A stretch of DNA of 64,000 nt, taken from the NCBI GenBank assembly GCA_044440125.1, contig JBITAJ010000008.1:79956-143955 (forward strand), read 5' to 3'. The position numbers and the translations under genes are program-made. This stretch comes from Sedimentisphaeraceae bacterium JB056 (GTDB lineage: Bacteria; Planctomycetota; Phycisphaerae; Sedimentisphaerales; Sedimentisphaeraceae). The notes below the pieces were generated by a model. That model saw only the letters and a program-made list of their open reading frames with translations. It was not told where the DNA came from and did not search any database. Shown one piece after another: positions 20,638 to 31,440 of this stretch; within the stretch, counting starts at the first letter, position 1, and each line of letters starts with the position of its first letter.

Positions 20638-22032
20638 TCAATGAGATCCTGATGGTTCGCCAAGAACAGATTTGAGCTCGGCAAGTTTTTCAGCAAGGAT
20701 CTCATCATCCTTAGCCTCTACATTAAGCCTCAGGAAAGGCTCTGTATTACTCGGCCTTGCGTTGAACCACCAATCCTTAAACTGAATAGTGGTTCCGTCA
20801 AGATCATCAATACGGCCTTCACCATACTTGTGCGCAAGTTCTTTGAGGGTCGCATCTTTATCTTCAACACGGAAATTAATCTCTCCAGAAGAGTAATATT
20901 TGCGAAGCGGTGCAATCAGCTCACTAACAGGCTTATCACTTCTGCTTACAATATTAAGCATATGCACAAAAGTAATCATACCTGAGTCAGTATTAAAACT
21001 GTCACGATAGTAGAAATGACCTGAAAGCTCACCGCCAAATATAGCATGACTGTCTCTGAGTGTTTTCTTCATAAAAGAATGGCCTACACGCTCACGACGA
21101 GGCGTTCCACCATGCTTGAGGACTTCTTCCTGAACGACCCAACTGCTTCTAAGATCGTAAACGATAGTAGATGAAGGCTCTTTCTCAAGGAAATATGGGG
21201 CCATCAGGGCAGTGAGCAAGTCGCAACTAATGCTTTGCCCCTTTTCATCAATCATAAGAAGTCGGTCAGCGTCACCGTCAAAGCAAACACCAACATCTGC
21301 TTTCTCATCAAGAATCAATTGCTTCAACTCAGCAAGATTTTCTTCTACAAGAGGATTAGGTTCGTGCTTGAAAGTACCATCGGTAGTTTCATTGATTATA
21401 ACCATTTCAATCGGAAGATCACCAAAAAGCAGCGGAACCATTTTACCAGCCATACCATTCGATGCATCAATAGCAACTTTAAGCGGCTTGATATTTCTAT
21501 CGAGAAACTTCAAAACATGCTTACGATACTCATCAGTGAGATCGACATTCTTAACAGTACCTGTTTCATTGCCCTTAGTATGGAGCAATGAAGTGGCCAT
21601 ATGCTGTATATCTTTGAGGCCGGTATTTTCACCTACCGGTTTAGCCTCGATACCGCTTATCTTAAAACCATTATAATCTGCAGGATTGTGCGATGCAGTA
21701 ACCTGCACTCCGCCACAAGTCCCCAGATGATTAATCGCAAAATATATCTGGGGCGTATCTATCATACCAATATCTATAACATTAGTGCCTGTTGAACGCA
21801 TACCGCTTATCAAAGCCTGCGTCAACGATTCACTGTGCTTACGCATATCACGTCCCACACAAACAGCCTGTCCATTTTCCTGCCCTCTTTCATAACCTCG
21901 CAGCAGAGAACGGAGGAATTGTGCTGTTGCATAACCTATTTTCCACGCAGCTTCTTCATCAAGCTGAGAAGGATAAAGGCCACGAATATCGTATGCTTTG
22001 AATATTTTATTATCCATAAACATCTCCATCAA
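20638..22032 (-). CDS. Phosphomannomutase/phosphoglucomutase
   Basis: FKAYDIRG, TASHNP, DGDADR, GELSGH, R.SNTEP. Confidence 0.95.
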   Translation of the reverse strand: MMEMFMDNKIFKAYDIRGLYPSQLDEEAAWKIGYATAQFLRSLLRGYERGQENGQAVCVGRDMRKHSESLTQALISGMRSTGTNVIDIGMIDTPQIYFAINHLGTCGGVQVTASHNPADYNGFKISGIEAKPVGENTGLKDIQHMATSLLHTKGNETGTVKNVDLTDEYRKHVLKFLDRNIKPLKVAIDASNGMAGKMVPLLFGDLPIEMVIINETTDGTFKHEPNPLVEENLAELKQLILDEKADVGVCFDGDADRLLMIDEKGQSISCDLLTALMAPYFLEKEPSSTIVYDLRSSWVVQEEVLKHGGTPRRERVGHSFMKKTLRDSHAIFGGELSGHFYYRDSFNTDSGMITFVHMLNIVSRSDKPVSELIAPLRKYYSSGEINFRVEDKDATLKELAHKYGEGRIDDLDGTTIQFKDWWFNARPSNTEPFLRLNVEAKDDEILAEKLAELKSVLGEPSGSH

Positions 22033-22094
22033 TTATCTAAAATTCCAACCTAACTTAGCTCAAACTTGAGCTATCACCTTGAATCAGCATCAAA

Positions 22095-22331
22095 TCAGTC
22101 TACCGCTACGACTTCTTTGACCTCAGGAACCTGATCCTTCAGAACTCTTTCAACACCATTTTTCAATGTCATCCGTGCGCCTGGGCAACCCCTGCATGCA
22201 CCTTGAAGGCGTACTTTGACTGTCATATCCTCTTCAACGCTTACCAGCTCAATATCTCCACCATCAGCTTGCAGCCTTGGCCTTATTACCTCGATCACAT
22301 CTTTGATCTTTTCTATATTATTTTCACTCAT
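22095..22331 (-). CDS. NifU/NfuA family Fe-S carrier
   Basis: IRP.LQADGGDIELV...L.GAC.GCP. Confidence 0.93.
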   Translation of the reverse strand: MSENNIEKIKDVIEVIRPRLQADGGDIELVSVEEDMTVKVRLQGACRGCPGARMTLKNGVERVLKDQVPEVKEVVAVD

Positions 22332-22760
22332 AATATTAATCCTTATAGTTCAAGTTAGCACATTAAAGTTTAAAAACGTGCAGATTATAACAAGTAATTA
22401 GTGTTTTTTACAGATAAATTTGCTATAAAATCTCTTAAGGTAATATTTGAACTTCCATCTTTTTAATTGCTGTATTAATTAAAAACAGCTTTTAGTTGTA
22501 TAGAAAACACCGATTTACGTACCACTTAAATTAAAAAAAGGGCCTTTTGACATGTATAATAGAAGTTTTTTGATTTTTTTATTAGGAAAATAGAATTATT
22601 TGAAGTAGAATGGAACAACATTGGGAATGCGAGATAGAGTACTGATTATATGCCTTCTGCAAAAATTTAATTATTGGTAGAGTTAAAATGCAGTTTCAGG
22701 TAAATTGGTTGCTATGTAAGTGAATATGCGATGAGGCTTTAACTATTGAATTACTGCAAC

Positions 22761-23660
22761 ATGCAAAAAGAACAGTTTGAGGAATCAGGCGACAAGCTAA
22801 TTGTTAATGCGCCAGCTAAAATCAATCTATATCTAATGATTGCCGGAAAGCGGCCTGATGGATACCATAACATTGACACTCTTATGTCGAAGATCACATG
22901 GTACGATCAGGTAATAATTGAGCCGTCTGACAATGAAGGAGTGGAATTGGCCTGCACAGGATCGTACTGGGCACCTCAAAATGACGACAACCTTATTATA
23001 AAGGCTGTTAAAGCTCTTAATGACGATTGCGGTTTTAATGAGTCCATACGTATAACACTTCAGAAAAACATACCTGCCGGAACTGGCCTTGGAAGTGCAA
23101 GCAGTGATGCCGCTGCAACATTGCTGGGGCTCAACAAATATTTCTCGCTTGGCATAAGCAAACAGCGTTTAGCAAAGATAGCTGCCAAATTCGGCAGTGA
23201 CACTGCATTCTTTACAGGTAATTCTCTTGCGGTATGCAAAGGCAGAGGCGAGATACTTCACGAACTTGAAACTGATATAAACTACCAGGCATTGCTTATA
23301 ATACCAAACATAAGCATGCCTACCGTAGAAGTTTACAGAAATTATTCGCACGACGAAGAAATTTATTACAACTCCGCACATAAAATCAATCCGCTTATGA
23401 GCAGCAACAATGTGTTAGAGGCAGCATCACTCGGAATTAATATGCTTGCAGAAAGCTGCTTTGACATAAATGGCAAAATGAGCGAAATATACCGAGAAGC
23501 CGATGATGTGCTTGGAGGCGGCGTTGTATTGAGCGGCAGCGGGTCAGCTTTCTATAAAATACTTTCTGACGAAAATACCCAAGAAATTGATGAGTTAATG
23601 CGGTCATTGAAAGATCGTTTGGGTTGTAATATCATTTTAGTTTCTAACAACAGATGGTAA
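22761..23660 (+). CDS. ispE: 4-(CDP)-2-C-methyl-D-erythritol kinase
   Basis: APAKINLYL...[33 protein letters not shown]. Confidence 0.95.
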   Translation: MQKEQFEESGDKLIVNAPAKINLYLMIAGKRPDGYHNIDTLMSKITWYDQVIIEPSDNEGVELACTGSYWAPQNDDNLIIKAVKALNDDCGFNESIRITLQKNIPAGTGLGSASSDAAATLLGLNKYFSLGISKQRLAKIAAKFGSDTAFFTGNSLAVCKGRGEILHELETDINYQALLIIPNISMPTVEVYRNYSHDEEIYYNSAHKINPLMSSNNVLEAASLGINMLAESCFDINGKMSEIYREADDVLGGGVVLSGSGSAFYKILSDENTQEIDELMRSLKDRLGCNIILVSNNRW

Positions 23661-23679
23661 TATTCAAGAGGTAAACAGT

Positions 23680-24090
23680 ATGGAAATCACAGAAGTTCGA
23701 GTGAAGTTGGTTGAAAACAAGGATGACAGGCTTAAGGCTTTTTGTTCGATGACAATTGACAACTGCTTTGTAGTTCGAGACGTCAAAATCATTGAAGGCA
23801 CAGGTGGCTTATTTGTGGCCATGCCCTCAAGAAAAATGAGCGATCACTGCGAATGTGGCGCCAAAAATTACCTGAGAGCAAGATACTGCAACAATTGCGG
23901 CAAAAAACTCTCTGAAGACAGAGCTTCAAAAAGCAATAGAGGCAGATTAAAACTTCACGCGGACATAGCGCATCCAATCAATGCTGAATGCAGAGATATG
24001 ATCCAGGATACTATCGTAAAGGCTTATGACCTGGAAGTAGAAAATTCCCAAAAACCAGGCTACGTTCCGACAGAGCTCGACACTGAATAA
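23680..24090 (+). CDS. spoVG: SpoVG family nucleic-acid-binding protein with Cys4 insert
   Basis: [34 protein letters not shown]; inserted CEC...CNNC. Confidence 0.9.
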   Translation: MEITEVRVKLVENKDDRLKAFCSMTIDNCFVVRDVKIIEGTGGLFVAMPSRKMSDHCECGAKNYLRARYCNNCGKKLSEDRASKSNRGRLKLHADIAHPINAECRDMIQDTIVKAYDLEVENSQKPGYVPTELDTE

Positions 24091-24201
24091 AATATACAAT
24101 ATCAGCGGTTGTCTGTTTTGCAATGGATATCGCTGGATATTTTTCAGAATCTTAAGTTAGACAACCGGGATATCTGAGCTTAAAAAGCAAAATTTGCAGT
24201 T

Positions 24202-24240
24202 TTAACGCAGAATATATCCTCAATATAATTTCTGCGTTAA
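24202..24240. terminator. Inverted repeat between convergent genes
   Basis: ttaacgcagaa/ttctgcgttaa 11-bp stem. Confidence 0.5.
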
Positions 24241-24252
24241 GACTTTTGTACC

Positions 24253-25563
24253 TTACCTCCCTATGAAGGCTCCTATTTTAATTAATGAGTCCTGCAGTTC
24301 TTTTATTGAGATATCCCTTGTCCCTGTTGCACTTTTAGAAGATATTGCCGCAGCCATACCGGCAGCCTGGCCAGTTATATAACAGCCTGCCATCGGTCTT
24401 ATTGAGCTTTGCATTGTTTTGTCGGCTGAAATGCAGCGACCTGCAACAAGTAAATTATCAAATCCCTTAACAGTCAAACTTCGATAAGGAATACCGTAAT
24501 GTTCACCGGGTTCATAAACACAAGAATTATAGAACTGCACCGATTTCTCATAATCTTCTTTTGAGCCGCTTTCAGGATGTATATCTACGCCATAGGCATA
24601 ACATCCTATCTGGTCTTCAAACTGTCTGCGGTCCAGATAATCCTGCTTGGTCATGACATATTCACCCAGGATTCTTCGCGATTCCCGAATGCCCATAAGT
24701 GCCCCGCTCGAAGCTAACTCTACTTTTTCGTAGCCCTTGACGTATTTTCTATAAAACTTCTCAAACTCCGGCAGATACTTACGAGATTCAATAAATCCGC
24801 GAGTAATGCTTCGTTCGTCCGTACCGTCAATATTATACGAATGGCCCATATTTGCAGAAGCAAGCGAGTAACCTGTTCTTGCCATACCTGAATGATGTCT
24901 ATCTTCAACAGTGAATATATTCTCATCAAAGGCTTTTTCAAGAAGTACACCCATTTTTTCTACATCATGACGTTCTATTCTTGAAAAATCGCAGCCAGCC
25001 CATAAACTGCAAAGAGTCGAAGGCATAACCCTGCCCTCTTCGTCACCTTTTTCAAACTCTGCCCCTGCCAAAGCACAAAGATCACCATCACCACTGCAGT
25101 CTATGAAAACCTTGGCCTTAACAGCAAACAACCCGCTTTTGGCATTGCATATTATATATAAAACATTGCCATTCTCGGCGATAGCATCGACAACCGTTGT
25201 TTGAAATGTAAAGTCAGCACCTGAGTCAATCACAATACGATCGTAAAGCCTCTTAACAGCTTCCGCTGGAATTGATAAGTATCTGTCGTATATGACTCCG
25301 CCAATATCAACCACGCTGTCATAGATTTCCCTGCCAAAACCATCAGCAACAAAATTTATACCATCATCGAATTCCATGAAAAGAGGAACCAAACCTGCAG
25401 TCCCCATTCCACCGAAACAACTGTGCCCCTCAGCAATAAAGACTGAAGCACCCTGCCGTGCAGCCGTCACTGCAGCCGCAACACCTGCAGGCCCGCCACC
25501 TGCCACGCAAATATCAACATCATACTTGAGTGGTATTTTTCTATCAAATCTAATTTTCATCAT
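24253..25563 (-). CDS. FAD-dependent oxidoreductase (FAD_oxidored-like)
   Basis: GGGPAG..AA..AAR.G, IDCSGDGD, GIRESRRI.G.Y, YGIPYRSL, LLVAGRCIS, TGQAAG; start likely 25560/25563. Confidence 0.88.
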   Translation of the reverse strand: MMKIRFDRKIPLKYDVDICVAGGGPAGVAAAVTAARQGASVFIAEGHSCFGGMGTAGLVPLFMEFDDGINFVADGFGREIYDSVVDIGGVIYDRYLSIPAEAVKRLYDRIVIDSGADFTFQTTVVDAIAENGNVLYIICNAKSGLFAVKAKVFIDCSGDGDLCALAGAEFEKGDEEGRVMPSTLCSLWAGCDFSRIERHDVEKMGVLLEKAFDENIFTVEDRHHSGMARTGYSLASANMGHSYNIDGTDERSITRGFIESRKYLPEFEKFYRKYVKGYEKVELASSGALMGIRESRRILGEYVMTKQDYLDRRQFEDQIGCYAYGVDIHPESGSKEDYEKSVQFYNSCVYEPGEHYGIPYRSLTVKGFDNLLVAGRCISADKTMQSSIRPMAGCYITGQAAGMAAAISSKSATGTRDISIKELQDSLIKIGAFIGR

Positions 25564-25932
25564 GCCCTCATTGATGCCACTGACAAAAGCTAAAAAACAG
25601 CATGTTAAACAAAACCATTTTGATAAAAACGTAGGTTTTATCAAGATCAATAGACTTCTGCAAGGGACACCTCATTAAAGTGTTTCAATTCATATTAGCA
25701 TAAAAAAACGTCCTGTCAACCATCTCTGAACAGCTAATTAAACACGTACAGTACGTGCCGAAAAGATTTTTTAGTAAAAAAATACAAAAGCACAATTTAG
25801 CAAAAAAGTGCCAACTAAGTACTTTTTCATATGAATTGTATCATGAAAATTGATTATGCTGTTTTTTTACATGAGCTCAGAGATTTAATCTTGAAACTTA
25901 GATATTAATGTATATAATTCTGGTTCGCAAGT

Positions 25933-26015
25933 GGCCGAGTGGCGGAATGGCAGACGCTGGGGATTTAAAATCCCCTCCCGGAAACGGGGTGTGGGTTCGA
26001 GTCCCACCTCGGCTA
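25933..26015 (+). tRNA. tRNA-Leu(TAA)
   Basis: ggccgag/ctcggct-a acceptor, gggga-TT TAA AA-tcccc anticodon arm, long variable arm, GTTCGAG T loop. Confidence 0.95.
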
Positions 26016-26016
26016 T

Positions 26017-26061
26017 AAAAGTCCTGTTTTGCAGATTAAGTTGTAAAGCAGGACTTTTTTT
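26017..26061 (+). terminator. Terminator after tRNA-Leu
   Basis: agtcctg...caggact stem plus T run. Confidence 0.75.
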
Positions 26062-26308
26062 CATGCGAAGTTCAGATACCCTTCAAAAAACCTTCATTTT
26101 TCTTTTGAAAAAGGATTGACGTTTGAGTAAAAAACATTATTCTTTTTTGTCTTCTCATTCGCCACTTCTCGCGGCCTTCGGGACGAATCGAGCGTTAACT
26201 TTGACAGACCGTGCAGATTTAATCTCTGCTATTTAATAATTTCGAAGGCTATCGGTGCATACTCTCGGTACTGTACAGACCCAGCCGGTTTTAAAGGTTT
26301 TTGATAAA

Positions 26309-27991
26309 GTGAACAGAAGATTCGAACCTCAATTTATAAGCGTATTACGTGAGGGTTACAATTTCAGGCTTTTCAGCAGTGATCTCACGGCGGGGGTCAT
26401 AACAGGCATAGTTGCACTGCCACTGGCAATAGCTTTTGCCATAGCCAGCGGTGTAGGCCCTTCAGAAGGCTTCTATACTGCAATAATCGCCGGCTTTATA
26501 ATCGCAATTCTAAGCGGAAGCCGCGTTCAAATAGGCGGCCCTACAGGAGCATTTGTTGTAATGGTCTACACGATCATTCAGCAGCATGGTATCAACGGAT
26601 TAGCAGTAGCAACGATTATAGCAGGCATAATACTTATCGCAATGGGCGCAATGCGGCTCGGTTCATTCATTAAATACATCCCATACCCGGTTACGCAGGG
26701 TTTTACAAGCGGCATCGCGGTAGTAATAGCAAGCACACAAATCAAACCTCTTCTCGGCCTGAAAATAGAGGAAATACCAACAGAATTTATTCCTAAAATA
26801 GTAACCTGCCTCAAACATGTCACAACAGCAGAATCTTCAACACTGCTCATCAGTCTACTTGCAATTACAATAATATTGACATGGCCGCGAATAACTTCCA
26901 GATTCCCCGGCTCACTCGCCGCAATCATAATCTGCACTCTGCTGGTAAAAATATTCGGAATAGAAACTCCAACAATCGGAACGCAATTCGGTTCCATGAG
27001 CAGCAGTCTGCCTGTTTTTACTGCCCCTTCGTTTAACTACAAGCTTGTCTCGGAGGTTTTCCCTGCCGCATTAAGTATTGCAATGCTTGGGGCAATCGAA
27101 TCACTTCTATCCGCAGTCGTGGCCGACGGAATGACCGGCGGCAAACATCGTTCAAATATGGAGCTTATCGCACAAGGCGCAGCAAATATAGTTTGCCCTT
27201 TCTTTGGCGGCATACCTGCAACAGGTGCAATAGCCCGCACGGCAACAAATATCAAAAATGGCGGCAAAACACCGATAGCCGGTATTATTCATGCCATAAC
27301 ACTGCTTCTTATATTAATGTGCCTGGGTAAATTAGCATCAACTATACCTATGTGTGTACTTGCAGCAATCCTGATGGCCGTTGCTGTAAAGATGAGTGAA
27401 TACCACATGTTTATAAAAATGTTCAGAGCGCCCAAAAGCGATGTAGTTGTGATGCTCGTAACATTCCTGCTCACAGTTCTTCTCGATCTGACCATAGCAA
27501 TCCCTACAGGCATGGTAATGGCAAGCTTCCTGTTCATGAGCCGTATGGAGCAAGTCAGCAGCACAATTAATCTGACAACAGAAGATAAAGACGATGATGA
27601 TGAAAGAATTGACCCATTCGCCCTAAGCAAATTTGAGGTACCGGATGGCGTTGAAGTTTTCGAAATAAACGGGCCGTTCTTTTTCGGCGCTGCAAGTAAA
27701 TTCCAGGATGACATAATCAAACGAAATGTAGATATCCTCATACTGCGAATGAGAAAAGTACCTGTTATTGATGCAACAGGAATATTTGCCCTCGAAAAAA
27801 TAGTAACACAGGCTCGTGAAAACGGAAGAACAATCCTTCTTTCAGGAATAAACCCGCAGCCATTGACCGCTATGAAAAAATCAGGGCTTACAAGAAAAAT
27901 CAGCAATGAATGCATACATAATAATATCTCAACGGCTCTGAATCACGCTAAAGCATTACTTTCGCTTAAAGAACTCAACACTGAAGCATAA
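26309..27991 (+). CDS. SulP/SLC26 anion transporter with STAS domain
   Basis: DL.AG...GIVALPLAIAFAIASG, IGGPTGAF, IESLLSAVVADGM, ATGAIART, GPFFFGAA; probable GTG start at 26309 (track start 26255). Confidence 0.95.
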   Translation: MNRRFEPQFISVLREGYNFRLFSSDLTAGVITGIVALPLAIAFAIASGVGPSEGFYTAIIAGFIIAILSGSRVQIGGPTGAFVVMVYTIIQQHGINGLAVATIIAGIILIAMGAMRLGSFIKYIPYPVTQGFTSGIAVVIASTQIKPLLGLKIEEIPTEFIPKIVTCLKHVTTAESSTLLISLLAITIILTWPRITSRFPGSLAAIIICTLLVKIFGIETPTIGTQFGSMSSSLPVFTAPSFNYKLVSEVFPAALSIAMLGAIESLLSAVVADGMTGGKHRSNMELIAQGAANIVCPFFGGIPATGAIARTATNIKNGGKTPIAGIIHAITLLLILMCLGKLASTIPMCVLAAILMAVAVKMSEYHMFIKMFRAPKSDVVVMLVTFLLTVLLDLTIAIPTGMVMASFLFMSRMEQVSSTINLTTEDKDDDDERIDPFALSKFEVPDGVEVFEINGPFFFGAASKFQDDIIKRNVDILILRMRKVPVIDATGIFALEKIVTQARENGRTILLSGINPQPLTAMKKSGLTRKISNECIHNNISTALNHAKALLSLKELNTEA

Positions 27992-27994
27992 CAA

Positions 27995-28837
27995 TCAATG
28001 CCCGATAATCGGTATTTTGAGTTTATCAGCCAAAGCAAGGGTTTTGGGCTTATCGATGATAATAGTCTTGCCAGCTTCAACAACAAGACATTTAGCTTTG
28101 TTTCGTGCTAATGCTTCAATAGTTTCAGTACCTACGCACGGCACATCAAAACGCATATCCTGATCCGGCTTGGCTGTTTTGATAAGAGTCCAGCCGCCCT
28201 TTTTGCAGAACTGTCCGGCACGCTCGATCATTCTCGCCGTACCCTCTATCGCCTCAACAGCAATAACCTCACGCTCACACACCGCAATTGCCTGACCAAT
28301 ATCAAGCTCGCCAAGCTTCTTAACCATATCCCAACCAAACTCAACATCCTTCATCACACATTCAGGTGGAGTAACCGTTGTCATCACTCCTTTGCAAGCA
28401 AGATGTTCTTTGCAGTATTTAGTAGAATCTATCAAAATAATTCCCCCTTTCGCAAGCTCATCAGCCAGAGCACGAAGGATTGTATCATTGCGTTTATCAT
28501 TATTACGAAGCGTCCAGTACCATGCCCGAAGTACTCTCCAATCGGGCAGATACTTCAAGATACGAAACGGCGTATATATCCTCTTCTTGGCAACACGCCC
28601 AACCATTACCGTATCACTCACACCGCGTTTGCGAAGCTTTCTTATCCACGTGCCAAGCCGTGCTATAGGCACATAGAAAAACTCATCACATATCTCAGAG
28701 AGCTCCTGCTCGCCGTTCTCCGCTAAGGCAGCACAAACAACCTTGTAGCCGGCAGCCTTGGCTCCCTCAGCAATCAGATAAGGCAGCCGTCCCTGACCTG
28801 CAACAAGACCTAATACTTTTTCTGAATGATCGGCCAT
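27995..28837 (-). CDS. lpxI: UDP-2,3-diacylglucosamine diphosphatase LpxI
   Basis: GL.AG.G.LP, LDIGQ, AVEAIEGT..MI.R, K..QDMRFDVP.VG. Confidence 0.92.
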   Translation of the reverse strand: MADHSEKVLGLVAGQGRLPYLIAEGAKAAGYKVVCAALAENGEQELSEICDEFFYVPIARLGTWIRKLRKRGVSDTVMVGRVAKKRIYTPFRILKYLPDWRVLRAWYWTLRNNDKRNDTILRALADELAKGGIILIDSTKYCKEHLACKGVMTTVTPPECVMKDVEFGWDMVKKLGELDIGQAIAVCEREVIAVEAIEGTARMIERAGQFCKKGGWTLIKTAKPDQDMRFDVPCVGTETIEALARNKAKCLVVEAGKTIIIDKPKTLALADKLKIPIIGH

Positions 28838-28843
28838 TGTACG

Positions 28844-29884
28844 TTATTTTTCTGCTAATGCAGTTTCGAGTTCTTCGACACGCTTTGAAAGACGTTTTAA
28901 CGTACGCTTCATCTCAGGAAGCGTACCAAGCATGGAATATGCACGCTTTGCCTGTCCTGCGTCGATAGCCGGAGCACCGGCAACGACCTTTCCGTCTTCA
29001 ATATCATTGATTATAGCCGACTGTCCTGCCGCCATAACCATGTTACCAACCTTTATATGACCTACGACGGCAGACTGCCCGCCAAGAACACAATATTGTC
29101 CGAGTTCAGCGGTTCCTGCAATTCCAACCTGCGGCACGAGCAGACAGCCTCTGCCAATCCTCGCACCATGACCAATTACTACACAGTCGCCAATTTTAGC
29201 ACCAGAACCTATAATCGTGTCCTGAAGTGAACCGCGTTCAATAGCAGCGTTTGCTCCAATCTCTACATCATCTTCGAGGATAACACTTTTGATGTGAGGA
29301 ATCTTGTGATGTTCACCGGCATAAGTTGCAAAGCCGAATCCATCCTGCCCGACAGTAGCATTAGCCTGAATAATAACACGGTCACCGATGCTGCATTGCT
29401 CGAAAACAACACTGTTAGGGTATAAAATACAGTCAGAACCTATCTTTGTACCACGGCCTACAAATACCCCCGGATAGATAACCGCGTTATCACCAATCAC
29501 AACATCGTTTTCAATAACGACATTGTCATATATGCAGCAGCCGCTTCCAATACTGGCTGTTTCATGTATGGTCGCATTGGGGCTTATACCCGCATCCCGA
29601 TGTTCCCTATGGCCGAATATCAACTCCACGATACAGCAGAAGGCGTAGTATGGATCGTCAACAACTAATTGAGCATCAGCCGTGGTTTCCTCTTCTTTTT
29701 GAACAATAACAGCCGAAGCTGATGTACTGTTGAGAAAAGTCCTGTACTTCACGTTAGACAAAAACGTAATGTCTCCACGAGCAGCCGCGCCCATTGGAGC
29801 TGCTGAGGTAATGGCTATATCGCCATCACCAATGACTGTCCCACCTACATGCTCAGCAAGCGAAGCCAATTTGAATTCTTGCAT
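28844..29884 (-). CDS. lpxD: UDP-3-O-acylglucosamine N-acyltransferase
   Basis: ITFLSN.KY, DPY.AF, hexapeptide repeats, G.DGFGF, DDVEIGAN..I.RG. Confidence 0.95.
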   Translation of the reverse strand: MQEFKLASLAEHVGGTVIGDGDIAITSAAPMGAAARGDITFLSNVKYRTFLNSTSASAVIVQKEEETTADAQLVVDDPYYAFCCIVELIFGHREHRDAGISPNATIHETASIGSGCCIYDNVVIENDVVIGDNAVIYPGVFVGRGTKIGSDCILYPNSVVFEQCSIGDRVIIQANATVGQDGFGFATYAGEHHKIPHIKSVILEDDVEIGANAAIERGSLQDTIIGSGAKIGDCVVIGHGARIGRGCLLVPQVGIAGTAELGQYCVLGGQSAVVGHIKVGNMVMAAGQSAIINDIEDGKVVAGAPAIDAGQAKRAYSMLGTLPEMKRTLKRLSKRVEELETALAEK

Positions 29885-30221
29885 TTTCTATCCTAAATAT
29901 ATTCCAACATCTAATTTACACCTTTTCATCTATGGGACCAAGCCGACAAACAATCCAGACTTTAAGAGGCTCAATCAACCGAAAGGTGAATTTCAAGACA
30001 ATTAAGCGGTGCATTCTAACCAAATTCACATTTTTTTCAAGAATTAAGTTTTTACACCAAGATATGATGTCTATGCTAAAACAACCTGCACACACATATA
30101 ACAGAGTAGAAAAAAATACAAATTTCAGGGTAATAAAAAAAATCTAACCGTTTTTTGAGAAAGCTGACATTTTTTACTTGCTTTAGACACCCTACTTTTA
30201 TAAAATCCCCCTCTCGTTCGA

Positions 30222-30296
30222 CGGAGTGTAGCTCAGCTTGGCTAGAGCACTTGGTTTGGGACCAAGGGGTCGGGGGTTCGAATCCCTCCACTCCGA
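30222..30296 (+). tRNA. tRNA-Pro(TGG)
   Basis: cggagtg/cactccg-a acceptor, cttgg-TT TGG GA-ccaag anticodon arm, GTTCGAA T loop. Confidence 0.96.
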
Positions 30297-30303
30297 TTAA
30301 ACG

Positions 30304-30349
30304 AAAAGCTGATAAATAAAGTAGCAAACTTTCTTTGTCAGCTTTTTTT
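30304..30349 (+). terminator. Terminator after tRNA-Pro
   Basis: aaagctgataaa/tttgtcagcttt stem plus T run. Confidence 0.7.
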
Positions 30350-30522
30350 ATGCGCATATATCACTTTTTCCTCTTTATAAACCGTTCATACTTTTCTCAC
30401 CTTAGAATATTTACACGGCTTTTCTACGCAAAAATATATTGTAAAAATTCGTGTTTTCATTATCATTAAGAGCCTGCTTATAATTTGATACAAACTAATT
30501 AAACCTAACAGGAATATTTACG

Positions 30523-31308
30523 ATGAAAAACGTTGAAGCTTTAGTTCTTCGCGCTGCAGGAATCAACTGCGATCTTGAAACCGTAAACGCTCTGGAACTT
30601 GCCGGGGCTAACGCTAAAAGCGCTCATATAAATAAGATAATCGAAAACAAAGAGCTCCTTAAGGAAAACCAGATACTTGTATTTCCTGGCGGATTCAGCT
30701 ATGGTGATGATGTGGCAGCGGGAAAAATTCTTGCCAATCAGGTCATACACCATCTGAGCGACGTAATACGAGAGTTTATCGATGCAGGCAAGCTTGTCCT
30801 TGGAATCTGTAACGGTTTTCAGGTGCTTGTAAAAGCGGGTATTTTGCCTGGAATGGAAAATCCTGTTGATGATGCCCCAGTTACTATAACAAATAATGAC
30901 ATACCGCGTTTTTATGACAACTGGGTATATTTGCAGCCCGGAACTGATAAATGCGTATTCATCAAGAAAGATCAGCGTATCTATCTCCCAATGGCTCACG
31001 GTGAAGGAAAAGTTGTAACAAAAACTTCTGAGATACTCGAAACACTCAAAAGCGAAGGCCATGTTGCTTTCAGGTATGTAGACAAAGACGGCAACTTCGG
31101 TGATTACCCTGTAAACCCTAATGGTGCTGCAGATCACATTGCAGGCCTCTGTGACCATACAGGTCGCGTGTTAGGCCTTATGCCGCACCCTGAGAGATTC
31201 GTACGCCGTACACAGCACCCACATTGGACAAGACTTCCTGAAGATATCGAAGCAGACGGCATGACAATTTTCAACAATGCCGTAAACTACATAAAAGAAA
31301 ACTTCTAA
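30523..31308 (+). CDS. purQ: Phosphoribosylformylglycinamidine synthase glutaminase subunit
   Basis: G.NCD.ET, PGGFSYGD, LGICNGFQ, AHGEG, NPNG, LMPHPER. Confidence 0.96.
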   Translation: MKNVEALVLRAAGINCDLETVNALELAGANAKSAHINKIIENKELLKENQILVFPGGFSYGDDVAAGKILANQVIHHLSDVIREFIDAGKLVLGICNGFQVLVKAGILPGMENPVDDAPVTITNNDIPRFYDNWVYLQPGTDKCVFIKKDQRIYLPMAHGEGKVVTKTSEILETLKSEGHVAFRYVDKDGNFGDYPVNPNGAADHIAGLCDHTGRVLGLMPHPERFVRRTQHPHWTRLPEDIEADGMTIFNNAVNYIKENF

Positions 31309-31330
31309 GAGTTTCCTGAAGAAAACAATA

Positions 31331-31417
31331 AGCCCGGCTGAGTAAATCCGCTGGGCTTTTTTATTTTAAATTACACATTAAAAAAAAGGGCAACACGCCG
31401 AAACGTATTGCCCTTTT
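31331..31417. terminator. Two terminator hairpins (purQ on +, gap on -)
   Basis: agcccggc...gctgggctttttt and aaaagggcaa...ttgcccttt. Confidence 0.8.
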
Positions 31418-31440
31418 AATTATTCTATTGCTAATGGAAA

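Noticed and set aside
25800..25815. sigma54-like TGGCACTTTTTTGC on the minus strand, upstream of the FAD oxidoreductase
   Set aside because: GG-to-GC spacing is 9 nt, not the required 10
25931..26119. 62-aa plus-strand ORF
   Set aside because: Translation of tRNA-Leu and its terminator
29933..29942. tgggaccaag also occurs in the tRNA-Pro(TGG) anticodon arm, suggesting an att duplication
   Set aside because: Only 10 bp, not the tRNA 3' end, and no integrase nearby
29890..30020. Possible ncRNA in the lpxD leader
   Set aside because: Only one short hairpin (acc-gaaa-ggt) and no supportable larger fold
30076..30357. 93-aa minus-strand ORF
   Set aside because: Antisense translation of tRNA-Pro(TGG)
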